NCBI GenBank assembly: GCA_015134335.1
Contig: CP043975.1
Location: forward strand, 84,350 to 148,349
Length of the DNA: 64,000 nucleotides
Reading direction: 5' to 3'
Source of the DNA: Candidatus Stammera capleta
GTDB taxonomy: Bacteria > Pseudomonadota > Gammaproteobacteria > Enterobacterales > Enterobacteriaceae
Part shown: piece after piece, positions 25,536 through 37,169 of the stretch
How the letters are laid out: the number at the start of each line of letters is the position of its first letter
How positions within the stretch are numbered: the first letter of the stretch is position 1
Notes under the pieces: model-generated
The model's database searches: none
What the model was told of the DNA's origin: nothing
Seen by the model: the letters and a program-made list of their open reading frames with translations, nothing else
Program-made: the position numbers and the translations under genes

Positions 25536-27641
25536 TTATAATTTATGTAAATTTAATTTAATTTTACCATTTATATCTATATTAATGATTTTAACAAATA
25601 TTATTTGACCTATTTTAAACCCATGTAAAATATTTTTATTAAAATTATTATTTTTTATTATTTTCGATATATGTAATAAACCTTCTTTTCCATTATCAAA
25701 TAATACAAATATACCAAAATTTAAAATTTTAATAATTTTAACTTTATAAATATTTCCAATAACTAAATTTTTAGTAATTTTATTTATTATATTTAAAACA
25801 TTATTAACATCACTTTTATTAGAAGAAATAATTTTTATTAATCCGTTATCTTCAATCTCAATTAAACAATTATAATCTTCTGTTAATTTCTTAATTACTG
25901 ATCCCTTTTTACCTATTACGTATTTAATTTTATTAACATCTATTTTATGTAAAAATATTTTAGGAGCAAACGGAGAAATATCAATATTGTTTTTATTTAT
26001 AACTTTATTCATTTTATTTAAAATAAATAATCTAGAATCTTTTGCTCTATATAAAGACTTTTCTATTAAATCAAAACTTATATTTTTAACTTTCATATCC
26101 ATTTGCAAGGCAGTTATACCATTATAAGTACCTATAACCTTTAAATCCATATCACCCAAACGATCTTCATCTCCTATGATATCAGATAAAATAAAATCAT
26201 TATGTTTATATTTTAATAATCCCATTGCTATTCCAGCTACATTACATTTTATAGGAACTCCAGCATCCATTAAAGCTAAAGACGCTCCACATACTGAAGC
26301 CATAGAAGATGAACCATTAGATTCTAAAATATCTGAAACTATACGTATAGTATAAGCAAAATCTTTATTATTAGGTAAAACAGGAAAAATACCCTTTTTA
26401 GCCAAATAACCATGACCTATTTCTCTCCTTTTAGGAACACCTATATTACCTATTTCACCTACAGAATAAGGTGGAAAATTATAATGAAAAATAAAATTAT
26501 CTGTTCTATCTCCTAAAAACAAATCATTAAAATTTTGAGCATCCTTTGCTGTACCTAAAGTAACAGTTACTAACGCTTGAGTATCCCCTCTAGTAAATAA
26601 AGCAGATCCATGAACTCTTTTTGGTAAAAAACCAATTTTAATATCTATATCCCTAATGTCATTAATCTTTCTACCATCTATACGATTTCCAGTTAAAAAA
26701 ATATTACTAGAAACAATTTCTTGCTCTATTAACTGAAATTTTTTTTCTATTAAATTACTTTCAATATTATATATATTTTTTAAATTATATATTAAATCTT
26801 GTTTTAAAAAATTTAATTTAATGGTTCTATATTTTTTAGACAATTTTAAATCATATATATTATAAATTTTATCGAAATAATTTTTATAAATATATTTTGT
26901 AACTTTATCAGATAATTTAATATTTAAATAAGAAAAATTTAAATCATTTAAATTATTTTTTTTATAATAAGATGAAAATAATTTTATATTATTTATAACA
27001 TTTAAATATTTAGTATATCCATAATATATAGCATCTAATAATATTTTTTCACCCAAATTATCACAAGAAATATCTATAACGGTTATACCTTCAATTGTTC
27101 CAGCTACTACTAAATTTAACTTACTATTATACATATCTGATATGGTAGGATTTAATACAAATTTATTATTTATATATCCTATCCTAGCAGCTCCTAAAAA
27201 TTCTATATTAGGAATTCCAGAAATACTTAAAACAGCTGAAACAGCTATAATAGATAAAATATCAGCAGTAATTTCTGGATCAACTGAAATAACATTAATT
27301 ACTATTTGAACTTCATTAATAATATTTTTATTAAACAAAGGCCTAATACATCTATCAATAAGCCTAGATATAATTACTTCTACATCACTAGATCTACCTT
27401 CTCTCCTAAAAAAACTACCAGGTATTTTACCAATTGAATAATATTTCTCTTGATAATAAACACTTAAAGGTAAAAAATCATATTCATTATTTAATTCATT
27501 ATTAAAAACCAAAGTAACTATAATAACTGTATCACCAATGCTAGCAATTACAGAAGCTGTAGACTGACGAGCTATAATATTAGTTTCTAATTTAATTTTT
27601 AAATTACCATATAAAAATTCAAAAATATTATTTTTTAACAA
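25536..27641 (-). CDS. pnp: polynucleotide phosphorylase
   Basis: 701-aa uninterrupted ORF with two RNase PH domains plus KH and S1 domains (...FTRGDTQALV...GDEDRLGDMDLKV...). It uses a TTG start, as E. coli pnp does. Confidence 0.93.
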   Translation of the reverse strand: MLKNNIFEFLYGNLKIKLETNIIARQSTASVIASIGDTVIIVTLVFNNELNNEYDFLPLSVYYQEKYYSIGKIPGSFFRREGRSSDVEVIISRLIDRCIRPLFNKNIINEVQIVINVISVDPEITADILSIIAVSAVLSISGIPNIEFLGAARIGYINNKFVLNPTISDMYNSKLNLVVAGTIEGITVIDISCDNLGEKILLDAIYYGYTKYLNVINNIKLFSSYYKKNNLNDLNFSYLNIKLSDKVTKYIYKNYFDKIYNIYDLKLSKKYRTIKLNFLKQDLIYNLKNIYNIESNLIEKKFQLIEQEIVSSNIFLTGNRIDGRKINDIRDIDIKIGFLPKRVHGSALFTRGDTQALVTVTLGTAKDAQNFNDLFLGDRTDNFIFHYNFPPYSVGEIGNIGVPKRREIGHGYLAKKGIFPVLPNNKDFAYTIRIVSDILESNGSSSMASVCGASLALMDAGVPIKCNVAGIAMGLLKYKHNDFILSDIIGDEDRLGDMDLKVIGTYNGITALQMDMKVKNISFDLIEKSLYRAKDSRLFILNKMNKVINKNNIDISPFAPKIFLHKIDVNKIKYVIGKKGSVIKKLTEDYNCLIEIEDNGLIKIISSNKSDVNNVLNIINKITKNLVIGNIYKVKIIKILNFGIFVLFDNGKEGLLHISKIIKNNNFNKNILHGFKIGQIIFVKIINIDINGKIKLNLHKL

Positions 27642-27673
27642 AATAATCTATCCTTATAATTTAATTATTTATA

Positions 27674-27940
27674 TTAATTATTAAACTTAATATCTTTAAA
27701 TAAATTATTATATATATTTATATTTTTATTTTTTAAATAAATTAATAATTTTCTTCTTTTAAAAACTATTTTAAGTAATCCCTGTTTACTATGTAAATCT
27801 TTTTTATTTTTTAAAAAATGATAATGTAATTTATTAATCTTATAAGTTAATAAAATAATTTGAAAAACAACTGAACCATAATTTTCTTGTATACAATATT
27901 TATTAATTAATTTATTTTTATTAATTAAATTTAACGACAT
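27674..27940 (-). CDS. rpsO: 30S ribosomal protein S15
   Basis: 88-aa ORF (...GSVVFQIILLTYKINKLHYHFLKNKKDLHSKQGLLKIVFKRRKLLIYL) upstream of pnp. Confidence 0.88.
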   Translation of the reverse strand: MSLNLINKNKLINKYCIQENYGSVVFQIILLTYKINKLHYHFLKNKKDLHSKQGLLKIVFKRRKLLIYLKNKNINIYNNLFKDIKFNN

Positions 27941-27977
27941 ATAATACCTTTTAATAAATTTTATAATAAATATATAA

Positions 27978-27994
27978 AGCCTTATTAAAAGGCT
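27978..27994 (-). terminator. candidate intrinsic terminator downstream of groEL
   Basis: AGCCTT-ATTAA-AAGGCT hairpin lies 20 nt past the groEL stop and is followed on the minus strand by a T-rich tract. It is one of the few G/C-containing palindromes in intergenic DNA here. Confidence 0.45.
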
Positions 27995-28013
27995 ATATAT
28001 ATATAAATTTATA

Positions 28014-29684
<1,671 letters not shown>

Positions 29685-29699
29685 TTAAATTAATTATAT

Positions 29700-29990
29700 T
29701 TATTCTATAATAGCCAATACATCACTTTCTGACATTATTAAAACTTCTTTGTTATTTAATTTTTCTGTCTTTACGCTATATCCATCATTAAAAATTATTA
29801 AATCACCAACCTTTACGTCTAATGATCTAACTTTTCCATTTTCTAAAATACGACCTTTTCCCACTGCTAAAACTTTACCTCTATTAGATTTACCTACTGA
29901 AGAACCTGTTAATACTATTCCTCCAGAAGATTTAGATTCTACGTTTTTGCGTTTTACTATAATACGATCATGTAATGGACGAATTTTCAT
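29700..29990 (-). CDS. groES: co-chaperonin GroES
   Basis: [30 protein letters not shown]... A GGGAG Shine-Dalgarno sequence lies 7 nt upstream. Confidence 0.96.
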   Translation of the reverse strand: MKIRPLHDRIIVKRKNVESKSSGGIVLTGSSVGKSNRGKVLAVGKGRILENGKVRSLDVKVGDLIIFNDGYSVKTEKLNNKEVLIMSESDVLAIIE

Positions 29991-30125
29991 CTTTTAACTC
30001 CCATATTAAATTATTACTATTTACTATATTATTATATTATAAATTATTTATAAAAATTTTTAAATAAATAATAAAATGTAATATTATAATAAATTATATG
30101 TTATTTATAAATAATTAATTACTAA

Positions 30126-30154
30126 TTGACAAATATATATAAATATATTAACAT
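30126..30154 (+). promoter_or_regulatory. candidate sigma70 promoter for cutA (TTGACA-N17-TAACAT)
   Basis: A perfect -35 hexamer TTGACA at 30126-30131, which is rare in this A/T-only spacer. It is 17 nt from TAACAT and about 25 nt upstream of the cutA ATG. -10-like strings are everywhere in this genome, so support is weak. Confidence 0.25.
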
Positions 30155-30178
30155 TAAATTTAAAATATTATTTAAATT

Positions 30179-30511
30179 ATGAAAAATATTAAAAAAAATA
30201 ATATAATTATAATTTTATGTAATATACCATGTAAAAAAAATATATTAAATATTATAATTAATAATTTATTAAAAAAAAAAATTACATGTTGTATAAATTA
30301 TATAAATAATATCAAATCTATATTCTTTTGAAAAAATAAAATAAAAAAAACAAAAGAAATTAAAATAATAATTAAAACCTTATATAAATTTAAAAATATA
30401 ATAATAAAATTAATAGAAAAAAATCATCCATATAAAATTCCTGAAATATTAATTATTAAAAGTCATACAAATAATAAATATTATAAATGAATATCAAATA
30501 ATTTAATATAA
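30179..30511 (+). CDS. cutA: divalent-cation tolerance protein CutA
   Basis: 110 aa: ...IIIILCNIP...SIFFW KNKI....IIIKT......LIEKNHPYKIPEILIIK....NNKYYKW ISNNL, compared with E. coli CutA ...VVVLCTAP...SLYYWEGKL...ILKT...LKSHHPYQTPELLVLPV...DYLSWLNASL. Confidence 0.75.
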
Positions 30512-30538
30512 ATATATAATTATTATAATAAATAATAC

Positions 30539-30611
<73 letters not shown>

Positions 30612-30624
30612 TCATTAAAATTAT

Positions 30625-32340
30625 TTAAACATTATTCTTTTCTAATATTAATTGAATATCTTTAATTAATTTTTGATCTAAAATTTTTTCAGATAACCTT
30701 CTACTAGAAGTTATATAACTACTACGTATAATCTTTTTAATACTTGGAATCATACTTACATTCATACTTAATTCATCTAATCCTAAACCTAATAATAATC
30801 TAATACATTTTAAATCGCCTGCTAATTCACCACACAAACAAACTTTTTTATTTTTTTCATGTATAGAATCTATAATATATTTTATTAAATTTAATACTGA
30901 AGGATATAATGGATTATATAAATTAGATACTTCTACATTATTTCTATCAACAGCCAAAATAAATTGAGTTAAATCATTTGTACCAATACTAAAAAAATCT
31001 AATTCATTAGCCAAATGTCCTGATATAATAGCTGCTGATGGAGTTTCTATCATACATCCAATTTTAATTTTACTATTAAATTTAATATTTTTATTAGTTA
31101 AATCAGTTTTAACATCTTCTATAATATTTTTTAGAAAAAAAACCTCTTCCAAAGATATTATTAAAGGAAACAAAATTCGTACTCTACCATAACTTGAAGC
31201 TCTTATAATAGCTCTTAATTGAGTATATATAATTTCAGGCTTATCTTTATAGATTCTTATAGATCTTCATCCTAAAAAAGGAGAATTTTCTTTAGGAAAA
31301 TTCATATAAGATAAAAATTTATCTCCTCCTAAATCTATAGTACGTATAGTAACTGATTTATTTTTCATAAACTTTACTACTTGTTTATAAGTATTAAATT
31401 GTTCTTCTTCATTAGGAAAATCATTTCTATCCATAAATAAAAATTCAGTTCTATATAAACCTATACCTTCAGCACCATATTTAAATATATTATATATATC
31501 ATTATTATTTCCTATATTAGCAAATAATTTAATACGATAACCATCATAAGTAACAGCAGGTAATTCTTTTAATTTTAATAAAGATTTTTTCTTTTCTAAA
31601 TAACTTTTATATTTTGTTTTTAATTTTTTATGAATATCATTAGTTGTATTTATATATACTCTATCTTTTATACCATCAATAATTAAATTATCATTATTAA
31701 CAACTTTTTTCATAATATCTTTAATACCAAGAATTGAAACTATTTCTCTAGATCTTGATATTATAGAACTATGAGAAGTTATACTACCTTTTTCTAATAT
31801 ATAACCATTAATAAAATCTAAATTAAATTGTATGATTTGAGATGGTGACAAATCTTTAGCGACAATTATAATTTTGTAATTTAATTTTAAAAAATTAAAA
31901 TCTATTAAATCTATATTTTTAATATTATAAATTAATCTCTTTCTAATATCTAATAAATCATTAGCTCTTTCTCTTATATAAATATTATTAACATTTTTAA
32001 ATAAATTTATTTGATCTGAAATTACTTTTGTTACAGCATATTCAGCATAATATAATTTATTTTTAATTAAAGTAATAATTTTTTCTAATAAAGATTTATC
32101 ACTTAATATTAAAATATAACCGTCAAATAATAATTTTTTATCCTTATTACCCTTACATAATAATTTTATTTTTTTAAATTGTTTAATAGTTTTTTTATAT
32201 GCTTTTAAAAAAACATTAATTTCATAATCTATTTTATCACTTTTAATTAAATTATCATTTATAATAATATTTTTTTCTTTATATATAAAAGCTTTTCCAA
32301 AAGAATAACCATTATATATAGTAATACCATTTAAAAACAT
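30625..32340 (-). CDS. ptsI: PTS enzyme I (phosphoenolpyruvate-protein phosphotransferase)
   Basis: Track ORFs 31267..32340 and 30625..31173 are joined in frame through TGA 31267-31269 (...NSPFLGW RSIRIY...). Contains the active-site region GSITSHSSIISRS, GIGLYRTEFLF and IGTNDLTQ. 571 aa. Confidence 0.92.
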
Positions 32341-32408
32341 AATTTTACCTTTATAATAATTAATATTTAATTTAATCTTTTAAATAATATTTAATAAATG
32401 TTATATTA

Positions 32409-32675
32409 TTATTCTTTTGATGATAACGAAGATATTATTATAGATAATTTATTCATAGCTTCTAATTCATCTTTACCATTAATAATAAGTTCAATTAAGT
32501 CATTTTTGGAAATACCTAATGTTTGAATTTGTAATAAACTTTTACCGTCTACTTTTTTATCTTTTAATCTTATAATAATTTGTGAAGAAAACTTTTTAGC
32601 TATTTTGACAAATTTAGTTGCTGGCCTTATATGAAAACCATTTTCTAAATTAATTAAAAATGTTTTTTTAATCAT
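32409..32675 (-). CDS. ptsH: phosphocarrier protein HPr
   Basis: MIKKTFLINLENGFHIRPATKFVKIAKKF...GKSLLQIQTLG. The His15 and Ser46 contexts are conserved. Confidence 0.92.
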   Translation of the reverse strand: MIKKTFLINLENGFHIRPATKFVKIAKKFSSQIIIRLKDKKVDGKSLLQIQTLGISKNDLIELIINGKDELEAMNKLSIIISSLSSKE

Positions 32676-32871
32676 TTTACTAAATCCTATTTAATAAATA
32701 ATAATTATAAAATAATATTTAAAAATTAAATGTAAATTTAAACATATTTTAACATAATAAAAATATAATTTTATTATTTTCTAGTATAATCATATTAATA
32801 ATAATTAATTAATTATAAAAACATTAAATATACAAAAAATTTATATTCGATTTATTTATAAGGACGATTAT

Positions 32872-33906
32872 ATGATACATAAAATATTATTAATATTACT
32901 TACATTTTTTGCATCTAATAGTGGTTTATATGGTATAAATCATAATTTTAAATATACTAATTTATATATAGGAAATCAAATAGGTTTATCAAATTATACT
33001 AACTTAAAACAATTGAGTAATAATTTAAAATATATAAAAACTAATATAAAAAATAATAATTTAGGTTATGGTAATTTTTTAGGATATAAAATTAATAAAA
33101 ATTTTAATTTAGAACTTGGGTACAATAATTTTGGAAAAGTTTATAAAAAAAGTAAATTTGTAAGTGGATTTTTTATAACAAAAGGAATTACATTATGTAA
33201 TAAATTTAATTATAATATAATTAATAAAACAACAAATTTATATACTAAAATAGGATGAATGATATTAAAATCTCAAGCTCAAAAAAGTAATATTATTAAT
33301 CATAATAAAGAAACAACATCTTATGTTAAAATGACTCCATTAACATCTATAGGAATAGAATTTAACATAAATAAAAATTGAATTACTAGATTAGATTATC
33401 AATGAACTTATAATGTAGGTCATAGAAATTATTTATATGAAGAACCTAATAATAATTTATTAACATTTAATATAATTTATAAAATTTCTAATTTAGAAAA
33501 TTTTAATTTAATTAAAAAATATTTCATTTATATTTATAAAATATATAAAAATTTTAATTTAAATATTATAAATAAATATAATTATAAAAAATATATTAAT
33601 AATTATAAAAACAAATATAATAGAAATAATTTAAATCTAATTAATATATTTAATTATTTTAAATATAAAAATTTATATATTATAAATATAAAGATATTAA
33701 ATTTAATAAATAATAAAAAATTAATTTTAAATAAAAATTTAACAAAAATTAATCCATATATAAAATATATAATAAAATATTTATATTATAAAAAAATTAG
33801 GAAATCTCAAATATTAATAAAAAACAAATATATAAATAAAAATATTAATAAAAATAATATATTATTATTAATAAAATATAAAAAGTTAAATAATTTAATA
33901 AAATAA
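32872..33906 (+). CDS. ompA: OmpA-family outer membrane protein (beta-barrel recognisable, C-terminal domain highly degenerate)
   Basis: Signal-like N-terminus MIHKILLILLTFFASNSG. Barrel strands: ...GYGNFLGYKINKNFNLELGY...TKIGW MILK...ITRLDYQW TYNVG...LLTFNIIYKI (E. coli ATRLEYQWTNNIGD...MLSLGVSYRF). A relic of NQGLSERRAQSVVDYL survives as NKNLTKINPYIKYIIKYL. An AAGGA Shine-Dalgarno sequence is present. Confidence 0.72.
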
Positions 33907-33935
33907 TAAAATTATATTATTATATTATTATATTA

Positions 33936-34011
33936 TTAAAAACCACTTAATTTTTTTATATAATATTATATAAAATTTTAGATATAAAATTATTTAATAA
34001 GTGGTTTTTAA
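33936..34011. repeat. 14-bp perfect inverted repeat (TTAAAAACCACTTA / TAAGTGGTTTTTAA) with a 48-nt spacer, between convergent genes
   Basis: Arms at 33936-33949 and 33998-34011. The spacer contains a second palindrome, TTTTATATAAT|ATTATATAAAA. The repeat lies between the ompA stop (33906) and the exonuclease stop (34018). Confidence 0.7.
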
Positions 34012-34017
34012 AATATT

Positions 34018-34834
34018 TTATTTTAATATATTAAATATATTTTTATTAACAATATAATTATTAATTTTAAAAGATAATTTTATTTTATTACTAAAACTTA
34101 ATAATCTATATCAAATTCTAATATTATAAAAGTTATTTTTAATATTATTAATAATATTAATATTAATTCCATTAAGTAAAAGTATATTTAACTTATTATA
34201 TAAATTATATATATCTCCTACAATATTAATTATTTTTACTCCTGTTTTAATACCTATTCCTCTTATACCTGGAATATTATCACTTCTATCACCTAATAAA
34301 ACAAATAAATCTTTAATTAAATATGGATAAACACCATATTTTTTATAAATATTATTAATATTTCATATTTTATTAATATATGTATATAAAAAAATTTTAT
34401 CATTAATTAATTGTATAAAATCTTTATCATATGATAAAATATATATTAATATATATTTATAATAATTATTTAATTTTTTAATTATATTATAAATAATATC
34501 ATCTGTTTCAATATTTTTAATACATATAATTTTAATATTTAATAATTTTAATTTTTCTTTAATTAATTTTATATATAGTAAAAAATTTTTTGAAGGTTTT
34601 TTCCTATTAGATTTATATAATTTAAAAATATTTTTTCTATAATTATTATTGTTATTATTATCAAATATAAAAATAATATAATTTGGTTTAATATAATTAA
34701 ATCTTACATATATCATTTTTATAAAAATTTTAATAGATTTTATAAAATTTTTTTTTTTTATAATTAATTACATAATATGCTTTATATGCAAATAATGTTG
34801 AATCAACTAAAAATATTTTTTTATATTTAATCAT
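34018..34834 (-). CDS. polA: 5'-3' exonuclease (PolA N-terminal domain only), frameshifted in an A12 tract
   Basis: The ATG at 34832-34834 gives MIKYKKIFLVDSTLFAYKAYYVINYKKKK (E. coli LILVDGSSYLYRAYHAF), then stops at 34730-34732. The rest is in another frame: NFIKSIKIFIKMIYVRFNYIKPNYIIFIFD...ETDDIIY...SYDKDFIQL...W...KYGVYPYLIKDLFVLLGDRSDNIPGIRGIGIKTG... to TAA 34018-34020. The two frames meet in the 12-nt homopolymer at 34748-34759. No polymerase or 3'-5' exonuclease domains follow. Confidence 0.85.
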
Positions 34835-35176
34835 TTTATTATATTAATTTTAATATTTTTATTATATTAATTATTATAAATATATTTTTAAAATAATTTA
34901 TTTAATTTAATTTATATTAAATAAATTAACATTATATATATTTATATTATCTTATATATTTTAATTAATTAAACTATTTAATTAACTTAATACTTTATAT
35001 ATTATTATTGAGCTATTACTTCCAAAAAATTACATACAACACATTAATTTTATTAGTTTACTAGATAAATTATTATAAATCAATATTAAATTTTAAATTA
35101 TAAAAAAATTTTAAATATAATATTGATTATTAAAATTAAATATTTTATAATTACAAATTATTATAATATTATTGAA

Positions 35177-37075
35177 ATGTTATTTACAAAAAGTTATGAT
35201 TATAATGTTATTATTGTAGGAGGAGGTCATGCTGCTATAGAAGCTTCATATATATTAAGTAAAAAAAAATGTAGAACTTTATTAATAACATTTAATAAAA
35301 ATAAAATTGGAGAATTATCATGTAATCCTTCTATTGGTGGATTAGGGAAAAGTAATTTAGTAAAAGAAATTGATTCTTTATCAGGATTAATGGGTAAATT
35401 AGTAGATTTATCAGGTATTAATTATAAAATTTTAAATTCTAGTAAAGGTTATGCTGTAAGAGCTACTAGAGTACAAATTGATAAAGAATTATATAAAAAG
35501 AATGTAATATATTATTTAAATAAAAATAAAAAATATTTACATATTATAGAAGATGAAGTAATTGATTTGGTTATTTATAATAATATTGTATGTGGAGTTA
35601 AAACTCTTAAATATATAATTACTTCTTATATTGTAATTTTATGTGTTGGAACTTTTTTAGATTCTAAAATATTTATAGGTAATGATATTATTTATGCGGG
35701 GCGTTTAAATGATAATGGGTCTTATAAATTAGCTTTTAATTTAAAAAAATATTATCCATATTTTGGATATTTAAAGACTGGTACTCCTCCTAGACTAAAT
35801 AAATATACAGTAAATTTTAGTAATTTAGAAAAACAAGTTAGTGAAATAAAATTAATATCTAAATTCTCTTTTTTTAATTCATTAAGAAAAAATAAATTTA
35901 TTAAACAACATAATTGTTATTTAACATATACAAATTTAAATACTCATAAAATTGTTATTAAAAATTTATATAAAAGTCCATTATTTAATGGTTTGATAAA
36001 TTCTAAAGGTCCTAGATATTGCCCTTCTTTAGAGTATAAAATATATAATTTTTTAGATAAAAATCGACATAATATTTATTTAGAGCCTGAATCAATTTAT
36101 AATAATTATATTTATCCTAATGGGCTTTCTATGAGTTTTCCTTTAAATATTCAATATAAAATTATAAAATCTATAATGGGTTTAGGTTTTTCAAAAATAA
36201 TTATACCAGGATATTCGGTTGAATATATGTATTTAAATCCAATTTTTTTAAATAAAACTTTAGAAAGTAAGGTAATAAATAATTTATTTATAGCTGGTCA
36301 AATTAATGGTACTACAGGATATGAAGAAGCTGCAGCTCAAGGTTTAATTGCTGGTATAAATTCTTATTTAAAAATTAGTAATAAAAAATTATTTATACCT
36401 AAAAGATTAAATTCTTATATAGGTGTATTAATTGATGATTTATGTACAAAAGGTATTAAAGAACCTTATAGAATTTTTAATTCTAGATCAGAATTTAGTT
36501 TGTATTTGAGAGAAGATAATGCAGATTATCGATTAACTCCTATTGCTAAAAAATTAGGTTTAATTAATAATAAGAAGTGAATTTTTTTTAAAAATAAAAT
36601 GAATCAAATATATAAAATTTCAAAATTTATTATTAATAAAATTTATAATATTAATGATTTAAAAACTAAATGACAAAAATTATATAAAAATAAAAAAACA
36701 ATTCAAGCAAAATCTTTAATTTGTAATTCTTGTATTAAATTTAATAAAATAAAAAAATTTATTTTTAAAGATAAAAAAAAATTTTTATCTAATAAATTTT
36801 TAAAAGAAATAAAAATATTATTTATATATAAAGGTTATATTAAAAGACAAAAATTAGAACTTTTTAAATATAAATTATATGAAAAAATTTTATTACCTAA
36901 TAAGATTAAATATGAAAATATTAAAGGTTTATCAAACGAAGTAATACAAATATTAAATTATATTAAACCAAATTTTTTAGGTCAATTATTAAGAATTTCG
37001 GGGATAACTCCTATATCTCTAATGATTATTTATATTTATCTTAAAAAGCATAAATTAATTAATATTGTTGATTAA
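35177..37075 (+). CDS. mnmG: tRNA uridine 5-carboxymethylaminomethyl modification enzyme MnmG (GidA)
   Basis: MLFTKSYDYNVIIVGGGHAAIEA...CNPSIGGLGKSNLVKEIDSL...LKTGTPPRL...GPRYCPSLE...AGQINGTTGYEEAAAQGLIAG...REDNADYRL. Extended through TGA 36578-36580 to ...GLSNEVIQILNYIKP..LGQLLRISGITP. TAA at 37073-37075. Confidence 0.93.
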
Positions 37076-37169
37076 TTTATTTGTATAATTTTATATATAG
37101 TATTAATTATATATTTAAATTACCAATATATATAATTAATATTAAAAAAATAGTTATTAGGATAAAAAA

